Part shown: piece by piece, positions 12,313-26,068 of the stretch | Layout of the letters: the number at the start of each line of letters is the position of its first letter | How positions within the stretch are numbered: position 1 is the stretch's first letter | Program-made: the position numbers and the translations under genes | Assembly: GCF_006345805.1 (NCBI RefSeq) | Contig: NC_043010.1 | Span: 67,456,001 to 67,520,000 of the forward strand | Length of the DNA: 64,000 nt | Origin: Octopus sinensis | Lineage: Eukaryota | Direction of reading: 5' to 3' | Notes under the pieces: model-generated | What the model saw: the letters and a program-made list of their open reading frames with translations, nothing else | Told to the model about the DNA's origin: nothing | The model's database searches: none

Positions 12313-13095
12313 CTAATGGCTATTGAGACACGCCAGCACCCTTGCAGAATTGCCGTGGGTGATGGCGAGGCTGATGCGCAGGAACGGATAAGCGCCCTCA
12401 TGAGCCTCACCAGTTACCTCTGCTAGGCGAGTTGCCAAAGAAAATATATATTTCTTTACTGCCCACAAGGGGCTAAACATAGAGGGGACAAACAAGGACA
12501 GACAAAGGGATTAAGTCGATTACATCGACCCCAGTGCGAAACTGGTACTTTATTTATCGATCCCGAAAGGATGGAATCTCGCACTTAGTGGTCCGACCAC
12601 ACCAAACGTCTCGAACGCCACAGGATGGGAAAATGTAGTTGGCTGACATATCGCAATATTTCAGGAATTTGTTCCGTTCAGCTGCAGAAGCTGTGGATCT
12701 CTCCCTGACCGCAGCATCCAGGATGAGAGAAGAAGCAAAGGAGTCGCTAGTGTGACATCCCGGACGAGGCATCTACCTAGTGACCAGGGGCACAGGATGA
12801 GGCCATCAGGTCTCTTCCCATCACATCTGGACAATCCGTATGGTTCCAAGATGGCGGGGATGTTTGCCCGGGTTATGCTCCTCTTGAGTATCAGGCTGAA
12901 CTCTGTATGACGCGTGAAGCGACCAGCATTCAGGCGGCAAGAAAGGCCATGGAGGCCTGTGGAGTCGAGGAGCCTGCCACAACGACAGATCAAACCCGTG
13001 CATATGTCAGCTCCCACTCTGAGGGCAATGGAGATACGAAGTTCGTCCAAGCTGAGTAGGCCACAAGCATTAGCCACAGATATGGCATCAATCCA
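12313..13095 (-). mobile_element. CRE-clade (restriction-like endonuclease) non-LTR retrotransposon, 3' fragment
   Basis: CRCG...DSTGLHGLSC zinc knuckle, RH, EPYGLSRCDGKRPDGL..PW..G...DVT, and FLRISLAITHGNSARV. Frameshifted and interrupted by a SINE tail at 12452-12573. Confidence 0.85.
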
Positions 13096-13177
13096 GTCTC
13101 TTTTTTGCCGAACCACTAGGTTTCGGTAACGTAAACACGTCAACTCTGGTTCTTCGGCAGGGCTAGGGGACAACACA

Positions 13178-13277
13178 NNNNNNNNNNNNNNNNNNNNNNN
13201 NNNNNNNNNNNNNNNNNNNNNNNNNNNNNNNNNNNNNNNNNNNNNNNNNNNNNNNNNNNNNNNNNNNNNNNNNNNNN
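13178..13277. other. Assembly gap (100 N)
   Basis: Run of N; contiguity across it is unverified. Confidence 1.
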
Positions 13278-13329
13278 AGTATACATTATGTTCCATGTTT
13301 ATACATTTTAAAATTTTTATATATATATA

Positions 13330-13746
13330 GGCGCAGGAGTGGTTGTGTGGTAAGTAGCTTGCTAACCAACCACATGGTTCCGGGTTCAGTCCCACTGCGT
13401 GGCATCTTGGGTAAGTGTCTTCTGCTATAGCCCCAGGCTGACCAATGCCTTGTGAGTGGATTTGGTAGGCGGAAACTGAAAGAAGCCAGTCTTATATATG
13501 TATATATATATATAAGTGTGTGTGTATATGTTTGTGTGTCTGTGTTTGTCCCCCTAGCATTGCTTGACAACTGATGCTGGTGTGTTTACGTCCCCGTCAC
13601 TTAGCGGTTCGGCAAAAGAGACCGATAGAATAAGTACTGGGCTTACAAAGAATAAGTCCCGGGGTCGATTTGCTCGACTAAAAGGCGGTACTCCAGCATG
13701 GCCGCAGTCAAATGACTGAAACAAGTAAAAGAGTAAAAGAGAGTAA
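13330..13746 (+). mobile_element. SINE family 1, full length (tRNA head, CORE-like block, internal microsatellite)
   Basis: A box TGG(C/T)TGTGTGG, B box GGTTCAGTCCC, cttggg(c/t)aag block, (TA)n(TG)n middle, (gagtaaaa)n tail. Confidence 0.9.
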
Positions 13747-13754
13747 TATACAAT

Positions 13755-14385
13755 AGGCTTCTTTCAGTTTCCATCTACCAAATCCATTCACAAGGCTTTG
13801 GTTGGCCCAAAGCTATAGTAGAAGACACTGGGCCAAGGTGCCACACAGTAGGACTGAACCCGGAACCATGTGGTTGGGAAGCAAGCTTCTTACCTCACAG
13901 CTATGCCTGAGTTAAGTGCCAACATACGAAACTCCCAGATTTTGAGTCACTCTGTTACTTATACTAAATATTAATAAAAATATACATATCTCATTTACTC
14001 TTTTACTTGTTTCAGTCATTTGACTGTGGCCATGCTGGACCACCGCCTTTAGTTGAGCAAGTCGACCCCAGGACTTATTCTTTGTAAGCCTAGTATTTAT
14101 TCTATCGGTCTCTTTTGCCGAACCACTAGGTTACGGGGACATAAACACACCAGCATCGGTTGTCAAGTGATGTTGTGGGAACAATCACAGACACAGAAAC
14201 ACACACACACACATATATACATATATATGACGGTCTTCTTTCAGTTTCCGTCTACCAAATCCACTCACAAGGCTTTGGTTGGCCTGAGGCTACAGTAGAA
14301 GACACTTGCCCGAGGTGCCACGCAGTGGGACTGAACCCAGAATCATGTGATTGGTAAGCAAGCTACTTACCACACAGCCACTCCT
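13755..14385 (-). mobile_element. SINE family 1: 5' half (13755-13908) and full copy (13995-14385)
   Basis: Reverse complement of the family consensus. Confidence 0.88.
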
Positions 14386-14443
14386 CATATTTTGAGTTCT
14401 ATTTTTCCTGTTTGCACCAACATGCCCCTCTCTCTATATAGAC

Positions 14444-14516
<73 letters not shown>

Positions 14517-15519
14517 CGTACGTACATGCATACGTACGTACATACATACATACATACATCTTAGCTGCTTTCTCGTATCCGAGCAAAGCCATTGCTAGAA
14601 AGAATCACAGAAATTAGTCATTGTTGGTATAATGTGAGGCCCTTGTATGACTCTTGACCCCGGCGAAAGATTTATACATTCTATATTGCATTATGCACAG
14701 CTATGCCGGATGGTAGAAGGAACAGGTGCCACAATATGAGCTCTTTCGACCTGTCTTTGCAATCCCCCCAAACGAGCGACACACCTTTCCACAGGTTGCA
14801 CATGTCCTGTTGTTGAACAATAGCCATATCACAATTTCACCATGGGTCGATTCCTTTGAGTTCCCTGATGGCTGACCAGGCCTTACACAACTCAAGCACC
14901 TCCTTCCATACAAAAAGCAACACTCCTTTATTTTCCATATATACATACCTACATACATATACACACTTTTCCTCTGATTTTCACTGTTTTATAAATAATT
15001 CTTTTATCACCACTGCTCCCCAACTACCAGTACTATAAATATTTAACTCTGTACAAACTCATTTCAATTTGATGGGGAGATAACTCTAATATACGTTTAT
15101 CAACCTCCCACTTAACTAACCTATCGTCTTTTCTTTTCAATCGCTTCCCCTCTATTTAGATTGCATCCCTCCCCCTCTCTCTCTTTTTCTCTTCCTTTCT
15201 TTTAATCCTTCCTTCTCCTCTTTGTTTCTACTCTGCCTGCATCTCTCTCTCTCTCTCTACTCGTGTTTTAATCCCTCCATCTTCAATATTATTTCTACTT
15301 TGCCTACATCTCTTTGTCTCTCTCACTCACTCTCTTTATTTATTTATCTTTCCCTTCCTTAATCCTTCCCTCTCAGTTATATCTTCTACTTTGCCTCCAT
15401 CTCTGCCCGCACTTTTTTTTTTTAATCCTTCCCTCTTCTTTACTACTTATACTCTGCCTACATCTCTTTTCACTCTCTCCTTCTTCTCTGTTACATTTAC
15501 TCTACCTATTACTCTCCAC

Positions 15520-16110
15520 TCACACTCACTCACTCACTCACTCTGTCACTTACACTCTACCTATTACTCTCCACTCACACTCACTCACTCACTCACTCTG
15601 TCACTTACACTCTCAATCACACTGTCGCTGACGTTCTCACTCATTCACTCAGCTTCTGTTTCTTACTCTCTCACTTTTTTTTACTCCCATTGTCTCTCAC
15701 TCATTCTTTCTCTCGCTCTCTTACTCACGTTGTCTCTTGTTCTCTTTGTCTCACTCACTCACTCGCTCTCTGTTCTCATTCACTTACTTTGTCTCGCTCT
15801 CTCTGTCTCACTCACTCACTCACTCTGCCTTTCACTCTTTCACTTTGCCTCTCACTCTCACTCACTCTGCCTCTCACTCCCTAATTCTCTCACACTCACT
15901 CACTCTGCCTCTTATTCGCACTCCCTCATTCTCTCACACTCACTCATTCTGCCTCTCACTCCCTTAGTCTCTCACACTCACTCACTCTGCCTCTCACTCC
16001 CTAATTCTCCCACACTCACTCACTCTGCCTCTCACTCCCTAATTCTCCCACACTCACTCACTCTGCCTCTTACTCGCACTCCCTCCTTCTCTCACATTCA
16101 CTCACTGTCT
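15520..16110. repeat. CT/CA-rich degenerate minisatellite upstream of the first coding exon
   Basis: Repeated ctcactcactctgcctctcactcc-like units. Confidence 0.85.
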
Positions 16111-16301
16111 CTCACTATTTCCCCCCCATCAATCAACTGCCACCTCCTCCTTCTCTTTACAACCAACACACACATATACTCGTCGTCGTTCCTCCTCCCC
16201 TTCTCTCGTTCCTTTTCCTTTATGTAATTCCTTGTCGAGCTCCAAACAGCAGTTTACTACTGAACGGCCGCCAGGCGGCACAACAACAACTTAAACCAAA
16301 C

Positions 16302-16572
16302 ATGGCTGAGGTCTTGACGAACAGCGGAGCGGCGAGCAAAGACGCGATGATGTCGGCCGCGAAAATACCGACCACCACATCGAGTCCGGCAACAGATTTA
16401 ACGAAATTGGCTTCGCTGACGATAAAGAACGGCGTACAACCGAAAATTGTCATCATCGGAGCCGGCATTGCAGGAATTTCTGCCGCTGAATACCTCACTA
16501 AAAATGGATTTACCGATATTACAATCTTGGAAGCTTCTAATCGAACGGGCGGTCGAATATGGACCATCTCTG
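16302..16572 (+). CDS. SMOX/PAOX: Flavin polyamine oxidase (spermine oxidase / N1-acetylpolyamine oxidase-like), first coding exon
   Basis: Good start context (aaacATGG). FAD-binding Rossmann motif [43 protein letters not shown] (GxGxxG plus LEAxxRxGGR). Donor G|gtaagc at 16572/16573, phase 1. SMOX versus PAOX orthology cannot be resolved from this sequence. Confidence 0.93.
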
Positions 16573-16972
16573 GTAAGCCAGTGCCCCCCTTTTTTTTTTT
16601 TTTTCCCCCTTCATCTTCATCTTCTTCCCTGGCCCTTCTTTCTCTTTAACAGGTTTTACTTACCTTACGTTGCGACCACCTAATTAGGAACCTTGCTACA
16701 CTACATACATACATACATACATAGTCGCTTGAGGTGTTAGAAATAGCATCCAACTCTTCCCTCAAATTATTGTCTTGAACGAGGAACGGTTCTTTACTAG
16801 ATAATGCAGTCGTACGTGACCCTTAGAAATGACCCTTACGGCTGAAATGACTTTCGTTTATAAGCCTGCTTAATAAGGGCCAACCTGAGTCTAACCAACA
16901 CGTTTATTGTTTAAACACACATACATATAGTGTGTGTGAGCGTGTATCCCTGGACATTTTCACCAAGTCCTT

Positions 16973-17004
<32 letters not shown>

Positions 17005-17053
17005 ATATATCTAAGGACTTGGTGAAAATGTCCAGGATACACGCTCACAACAC

Positions 17054-17097
<44 letters not shown>

Positions 17098-17979
17098 TAA
17101 AAAACATATGCATATATATAAACATATATATACGTACCCTACCTCTACATGTATATATACACGCATATATGAGTACAGGAACAACCAAAAACGTCGAACA
17201 CAATGAGAAACGAAACAGACACAAACCCAAGGAACTGGACATTTTTTTTTAAACAAAACCCACATTTTTTTATATATATATATATGTGTGTGTGTGTGTA
17301 TACAAACAGCCGAAAACGAACTCACAGACTTGGAAGCATTCAACCGTATCGTAGTGGATGTCTTCCCTTTTTAAACTGACTTGCTCCTCCCTGGCCCTTG
17401 CTGTTTGTTCAGTAACAGGTCTGCGATATTCAACATCTGTGTAAGTGTGTGTGTGTGTAAAAGACATGTACATCTTTAAACGAAAAGCTACCCTACTCCT
17501 ATTCACCACACACACACACACGACGAAAAAAAGGAACTTAATATATATATATATAACATAATTAACAGTGAAAAAAAATTGAGATTTTTACATCGTTGTT
17601 ACTCTGAGTTTTATTTTAAGGATTCTAAAATTGTATGACAAGTGAAGGAGAAAGCAACAGCGGTTGCATGTTAGAGAGAGAGAGAGGCTGATGTGTAAAA
17701 AAGAAAATATCGTTATCTTTGTTCTTTTTGTTTTGTTTCACACTTTCATTTCTCCAACTATTGTAGCTTTAGACACACACACCTATATACTCATATAGGT
17801 ACATATATACACACACAAGCACGCACGTACATACATGCACACACACATACACGCACACATGTACACTCGCATGCACACGCACTCGCAAACAGATATACAA
17901 ACACAGATATATATATATACACGCGCGCGTGTAGATATACACATACATACACACATATATATATACATACATACACACA

Positions 17980-18370
17980 CTCATACATACATACACACAC
18001 TCATACATACATACACGCACTCATACATACATACACGCACTCATACATACATACACGCACTCATACATACATACACGCACTCATACATATACATACACAT
18101 ACACGCACTCACATATACATACAAATACACGCACTCACATATACATACATATACACGCACTCACATATACATACAAATACACGCACTCACATATACATAC
18201 AAATACACGCACTCACATATACATACATATACACGCACTCACATATACATACATATACACGCACTCACATATACATACATACACACGCACTCACATATAC
18301 TTACATACACACGCACTCACATATACATACATACACACGCACTCACATATACATACATACACACACACAC
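17980..18370. repeat. CA-rich minisatellite (20-26 bp unit, cgcactca(ca)tatacatac...)
   Basis: Directly visible tandem units. Confidence 0.9.
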
Positions 18371-20699
18371 ATATATACACTCTATATAAATACACACATA
18401 CATACACACATATGCACATGTATATATGCTCGCTCACACACATACACACACACGCATACACATCTATACACGCATATATATATATAGGTGTATGTGTGTA
18501 TTAATTAGGAATAAAGCGTTACCTTTGGTCTCCCCCTTCAAGAATAAGATTTTGCGAAAGTCAGAGTAACACGGACAATATTTTATCACTTGCATCTTTT
18601 ATGCGAAACGTCTTCATAGAAAAAGGGATTCGCTACGTGTACATCCATTCCGCTAGAAATGATCAGATTCTCTCTTAATTTACAAATACCGTCTATAAAA
18701 AAAATATGGACGCACTGACTAATATAATTTTAGATATATAATGACAGCTGGTCATCCCCTAGAAAACGATAATGCTTATTCCGTGGGGGCTGAATATATA
18801 TATACAATACATTAATATCGGTAAATGTAAACAAAACGCCCGAGCTCTCTTATATACACCTGTAGATACAGATACATGCCTACGCAGATCGCAACCGGGG
18901 TCTATATAAGATTTTTTTTGTTTTGTCTTGAGAGGTGGGGTTCGCGCAAGGAAAAATTGAGGACCCACACAGTAGTGTATTAAAGGACCATGATAAAATG
19001 TTGATGTTTTTATTGCAAGAAACTACAACCTTACACAAATGTATGCGTGATAAAATAGAATTTTGAATACTCTTTAAATATCGAATGGCGATGGGGGTTC
19101 CTAATGGCAATAGGGTCCACCAGAATAGAGTAATTATCAAAGGGGTCCATTGGTAGATAACGGTTGAGAACCATTGCTCTCTACACTATTGTTCGACCTG
19201 CTTAGTAATAAGTCAAATTTCCCTAAAATTATACTTTAAAAGCTACACTGGATAGCATCCCCTAAAAAGACTGGTCACGTCTGGCTCTCCTTTGAGCAAA
19301 GAGTTTCTCGTTCAGTGTTGACCTTGGACTGTAAAAAGCAGAATGGTACATGCGGGAAACCAACCAAACTTTGTCCCACCTCGTCCTCTGAGTGTTTTTT
19401 TACCCACCCGTACTTATTCTATAACAATCACATTACGAACACCCCCGTGGTTGTTCGACTGGCTAGAAATATCAGCCAAATGCTCCTTGTCACGGCCCAA
19501 GGTTTTCAGATAATAACAGTCACTTCTACATGCTCTTAAAAGGACGTGGTGGTCTCGGTTGGAATATTTTTAATCATTAGTCTTCCTCGGTCAGGGTTAA
19601 CCTGTGTGACTGAACAACGACAATCCAGTTACTTACTATCTCGAATTCCTTCAGTTCAAATTGAGACATAACTGGTGATGGATATTGCTTCTTTGTTGCA
19701 CTCCATCCCCCGTGTCTGTCTTTCTGTATATGTGCATTTAAGGTTATAAAAGATATGTATTTCAACGGTTCCCATGCAGAACATGGTTGACTGAATACAA
19801 CTTCTGTCAGTCTGTGCACATAGCATATACACACATTCCATTTCTAGGAGTATAGAATTTTAAGCTCAAAGAGCTGTGTAGTTTTTTCATGAAACATTAA
19901 AATTATTTCGAAATTTTGTCTATTCGCCGTATAAACAAATAATGCTCACAACAATTTGTTTTATATATTTTTACTATAAAAGGACCGTCACAGTTCAGTT
20001 CCCCGTTTTGACACCTGCCTCATTTTATTCAGGCTCAGGTTAATAAGACATTTGAAAGAAAAACATGAGTGTGCCTTTTGAAATTGTAAGTTCTGCTACA
20101 CAATTCAAGCTGGTCACGAACATAGTGACACAGTGGTGACAAGAAGACTCTCCCCCGCTTTTTTTTTCTGTTTGTTTGACAGTAATCCCAGAGTTTTGTG
20201 AGTATCTGGGTGTACATTTATGTGGGCGTATATGTGTGGGATGTACGTGTGTTTACATGGGTATGCAGTTTTGTTTTTGCGTGTGTTTGAGAGAGTCTAT
20301 ATACTATTATAGGCATATGTTAATCCCAGGTAACTCAGAGGATGTTTGTATTACGAATCAATTAGGTTTAGAGGATGCGAACTAGTTTTGTTTTTTGTCA
20401 CTGGAAAAACCCTAGCATTTCAGATATTTTTATAAGCAAATGCTATCATCATCATCATGCACCATTGTTCGCCATAGACATTCTCTCTCTCTGTTTTCCC
20501 CCCATAACTTTCGACGAGACCTACATATTAGCTGGGCATCTGACCTCTTCACTATCATTTTTGTTTTGTTTTTGTTCCTTTTGTATGACCAGCAGAAGAA
20601 CAATCCTTCCTCCAGATAGAATTATAAATAGCTTTAACAACAATGTCGTGTCTCGTGGGAAGATATTATATAGATGATATATCTTGCATAATAAATAGT

Positions 20700-21030
20700 A
20701 TGGCAAAGTCGATATTTTTCTCTGACAATATAGGGGTTTCGAGGTATCCATCCATACCTCTTGTTGATCAGGTATTTATTTATTTAGTAGTAGTAATTTG
20801 GTGTTCCTGATTAGCGACGATAGGATGTGATGTAGCTATGACAGACAGGTCCAGGAAGAGGCTTTTGTCACTCTTAGAGTACCGACGTATGCAAGCAACA
20901 TTCTTTACGAATTCCTAGGTACTTGTAGCATCCATCCATTCATTCATTCATCACTGGAAATGACAGATAGACGAGCTGTTGATAAATGCATTTCATCGTC
21001 TGGTCAACAATATTTCCCAAAATTTGACTA
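20700..21030 (-). mobile_element. Highly degenerate LINE reverse-transcriptase remnant
   Basis: Minus-strand YKYLGI at about 20910-20930 and LYCQRK downstream; otherwise broken. Confidence 0.35.
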
Positions 21031-21290
21031 CTGTCGTATGAAATAGTTACCGTTGGCACCAACTCTCTCTTTCGAATATGTCTGAACAGGGCTCCTGGTT
21101 ATCTTTGTACCCCTAGGGTTTTTCCCTCCCAGTAGGACTTACTGACAAGGATTTGACATTTAGGTCGAACCATACACATGTTGTCACCCTGGAATATTCC
21201 CGTTGATAACCTAATTTTCTTATTGCTTGTAGTAGTTGCTTCAGTTGTTAGTATTGTTTATATCTGTTTCACTCTCATGTGTGTGTGTAT

Positions 21291-21326
<36 letters not shown>

Positions 21327-21502
21327 ACGATACACGCGTACGTACAGCCATTAAATTTGGCTAAATGTCGACTGGCTCTCTCTCCATTGACAGCTGTTCA
21401 AACAAGTGTGATAAAATTTACCTGTAGATTACATTTTTTTCTTTGATTTGTATCTGTTAACTGTGTGTGTGTGTGCATGTATATAAACGCACAAACTCTT
21501 GC

Positions 21503-21555
<53 letters not shown>

Positions 21556-21719
21556 CACGCTCGCGTGTGTAAAAGTTCTTAAGCTCGAGTTCTTCGCTTA
21601 ATTTCCTTATCAGAAAGAATATCGTTTTTTGTTCTTTCTCCGATATTGGAAGTGTGAGAACAATCTGCTTTTAAAGTGTGTGTCTGTGTGTGTGTATATA
21701 TATATGTGTATGTATATAT

Positions 21720-21780
<61 letters not shown>

Positions 21781-22915
21781 CTGAATTGTTTGAGGGACGG
21801 AAGTTGGGGTATATATGTATGTATGTGTAAAGTATGTTAAATGTGGCGGCTATGATTGTCTCTTAGGAAAGCACTTTAATACTAAGTGTTTAGTAAATGT
21901 TCGAGTGGTGTGTGTCTGTATGTGTGTGTATGTATATATATATATATATATATATATAATCCTCCAAAACTGTTGCGACTGGACTTTGTCGTTTTTCAGT
22001 GTCCCACAAACACAATCACAGGCATATCTTATGACCAGTATATATGAACTTTTTTTCCCCCCTTGTATTGAGAGGGATGGCCATGTAATAATGTGCACAG
22101 ATGCTCGCTCATATATACGTATATTTCTTCTCTGCATATAAGTACCCAAATACTAGTGGGTAGGGATTTTGTTCAGTTAGTCTTCTTTCCCCTACTAGGG
22201 ACCATTTTCCTGGAATCGATTCCTGTATAGTAAATAAAAGCCATTTAATGAAAATAGTTATTGTTGATTAAAAAAAATGAGGTTGAATGGAGGGAAAACC
22301 CAATTTATCTAAATAACATCATAAACACACAATAAAAACTTATAAAAATTTCCCTCATGGGTGATGAAAAAGGCAAGGAATTAGTTGGGATTCTCCTTTT
22401 ATGCTTGTTCTTCCTTAAAAATTTCAATTTGTTTCCCCTCCCAACTCCCATACCTTTTCCTTTCCTCATGAGATAAGTGGAAACAATTCGAAAACTCCGT
22501 CAAAATTTATTGTAAAAAGGATTTCGTTGCTGTTAAAAATTGCAATAGTGGCTAAATTTGCTCTATTTTTTTTTTTTTCTGTGGAGCGACACCATTCTTA
22601 ATTTATAAACTGGGTCGATTGGGCGGGTACCATCGTATATGGTGAAGGGGGGAAAACGGAGAAAGTGAGAGAGAGAAGGAAAGCAGGGGTCTATTATTTT
22701 TGGTTTCCGCCCTGTCGACCAAGTTTTTTTTCTCTCGTTATATATATATTATATATATTATATATATATTATATATATATATATATATGTGTGCGTGTAT
22801 GTGTGTATACATTACGTCTGTCTCGGGAATAGATATTTAAAACTAATGCCAGAATATTTAATGTGTTGCAACAAATGAAATTGTGTTAATGAAGCGTGTT
22901 CGTGTCTTTTAAATT

Positions 22916-22974
<59 letters not shown>

Positions 22975-23418
22975 GGTGTGTGTGTGTGTGTGTGCATGTG
23001 TTGGCGGCGGTGGTTGTCTAGGAAGGAGAAGCTAGAATAATGAGAAAAAACTGTATTGTTGTTTTTTTTTATTATCTGACTCAAACTATGCATAATAATA
23101 ATAATAACGACGATTTATGATTAACTGTTGCAGAGAGAGAGAGTTGTTCTGCATCATGAATGAATCACCGTTTATTGAACAGGCAGGAGCGGTCGGCAGC
23201 CCTCCCAATTTTTATTGACATCATAGTCTTTTCTTAATGCATTGCGTGCCTGTTACACCTGTGGTGGTGGTGGTGTGTGTGTCTGTCTGTCTGTATTCGA
23301 AAGTGTTTTAAAATTATTGTTTGTACCATATAACTTAAAGGTGCACACATGTGTGGATATTGATTTTTTTTTGAGCTATCAGATATGACCTGAGATCAGA
23401 TGGTCACACACACACACA

Positions 23419-23499
<81 letters not shown>

Positions 23500-23677
23500 G
23501 GAGCAATCTCAAGATTAATCAGCCGAAATTGCGAGGATGATCCGGTTCTTGACTGAAGATTAAAGGCTTCGAACGACCCGTCCGTGTTTTTTTTTGTATC
23601 GTCTCTCTGGATGTTTTGTTGTCCCTTTTTGTATCACCTAGTTGTCCGGATGTTTTGCGTTCTTGTCCCATTTTGAG

Positions 23678-23709
<32 letters not shown>

Positions 23710-23853
23710 GATTGAGATAGGGGTTGTAAATGCAACCCTCCATGGGATAACATATATCCAATTAACCCTACAGTCTCTTATGTGGTGGTTTAATAAAGTA
23801 TGTGATTGAGTATTATCTGGTAATTGATATTTGATTTAGATGTATTTCTATCT

Positions 23854-23919
<66 letters not shown>

Positions 23920-24038
23920 CGGTCTTGCCATCTATTTAGTGTGTGGTAGTCTTTGCAAGCAAAAGTACCCTCTCTCTTATTTCCTCATAACATTCAGAAA
24001 AATAGAAATCTGTCCAGCAATTTGTTTATCTCATGTGC

Positions 24039-24078
<40 letters not shown>

Positions 24079-24500
24079 TTGGTGATAGAAATTTATTGGA
24101 ATCAGAAATTCGGTTATAAAGCGGTAGTTTGTGATTTACTATTTAAAGTACCTTGTTACGAAACTCTCGTTCCTCGAGTCACTTATAGTTTCACAGCTTA
24201 TCTAGTTATTTATTTAGTTGCAGGTAGCTCTTGGTCGAGTAAACTTACTGACCAAAGAGGTTCCCTCCGTAATTGCCTAAACACAAATGCCTCTGGTGTT
24301 ATGTGATTCGGTGATTTGACTGCGGTGTCTAGCAGTTCGAACGACAACGTTAGAGGCTGGGTCGTGTCTTTGTTGGTTCAGCCCTCGACTGATTAGGGGC
24401 ATGGCTATATCCCATCGTGACCATCTTGTCCGTTTCTCAGAAACAGTGTAACTAGGACACACCAAGACCATTCATTCAGTGTGTGATCGCCCCACCACCA

Positions 24501-24535
<35 letters not shown>

Positions 24536-25217
24536 TATTCCACCGGGGTCGAATTTTCCTTTCATCTTTTCGAGTTCGATAAAATAAGTACCAGTTACGT
24601 ACTGGGGGAGGCGCAATATAAATCGATTCACCTTTCCCCCTAAAATTTCTAGCCTTGTGCCTATAATAGAAAAGATTATTATTCTCTTAAGACGGTACTG
24701 TGTGATTTTTGAGGACATGTGGCTGCTTCTTCTTGTTGGTCGAGCAACTACTTCAAGGCACCCACGTTGGCTTGCTTCGTTGCTAGTGTCCACCTAGATG
24801 TGTTTGTGTATGTATATACAATATATAATATGTATATATATATATATATACACATACATAGGTATATTACTCATTATTGATAATGCACCTGTCTCACCGG
24901 TGTGTGTTCGTAATTAATCTCTTTGTCTGATCGATGTTACTCATTCATACATAATCTAAACTGCTGTGTATATATTTTTTTCTTCTTCCTGTATTCATAA
25001 CAAACATCTTTTGTGCGATTTCAAAACTGAGTATATATGTAGATTAGAAAGCTATCATTTCATACAGTTAAGCAGAGGTAACTGGTACAGAAAAAAAAAA
25101 AGCACAGAAAGAAAAGCAAAAGGCAACCTAAAAATATAAATGCCGTGTCTTTGTGCATATATGCAAGATATGTTTGGTTCGTCTTATTTAGTATGTGCGT
25201 GGAGGGCAATATAAATA

Positions 25218-25606
25218 TCTTTATATATAAAAGTGAGGTTGTGTGTCTGTCTCCTACAATTTAGATTCCTAACTACTCTAACATTTTGCGGTGCAGTTTA
25301 ACCAAAACCGGGTATCTTATAGTCGTGATTCATATCGAGCCCTTCTGGGTATTAGCGCGCGTCTACGATGAGTCTACGATTTAAAAAATAATTTACCATC
25401 ATTTTTTTCCATTTTAATGCATTTTTTTCGCTATTATATAAGGGAAATAACTCTCTAAAGATGTCTACGATGAGTCAACGATTTTTAAAAAAATTACCAT
25501 CATTTTTTTTTCCATTTTTAATGCATTTTTTTTGCTATAACTCTCTAAAAATGCTTATATAGTTATTTCCCTTACAAACCCGAGCAACGCCGGGCGATAC
25601 TGCTAG
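25218..25606 (+). mobile_element. Non-autonomous Helitron
   Basis: A|TC 5' end (tctttatatataaaag), subterminal hairpin cccgagcaacgccggg, CTAG|T 3' end, no TSD, internal ~75-bp duplication. Confidence 0.88.
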
Positions 25607-26068
25607 TATATATATATAAATATATACAATGACATGAATAAACTGTGATGTATCTGTTGTGAAGGATGCTCGTTTTGCTTGTCCGCCATTTAGTTGTTTT
25701 CTCTCCCACTTGTTGACGCTTTTCGTCTAATGACGTCAGTTTTATTCATTGTCTTCTCCCCACACACACAACCTTTCATCTCTTGTTTTGATTCACATCA
25801 CCTAATTGACAGTCATTATCCCACCCCACCCTCTTTTCTCCTATAATATACATACATATGTGTGTATATTCTTTTGAAGTCATTGAATTGGTCTCTTGTC
25901 GACGCCAGTACATATATGTACATACATAAACGTGGGAAGATTATTATTATTATTATTTTGCTTTTTGCTTCCTTTTAATCTATTTTACAATGTCTTTCTG
26001 CTCTTGTTGTTCTGCCATACGTATCTGTGGTGGGGGTGCATGTGTGTATGTATGTGTATATATATATA

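Noticed and set aside
14730-14815. C2H2 zinc-finger gene (minus strand CATCGKVCRSFGG)
   Set aside because: A single frameshifted finger lacking the first His; more likely a LINE ORF2 tail remnant and too short to call.
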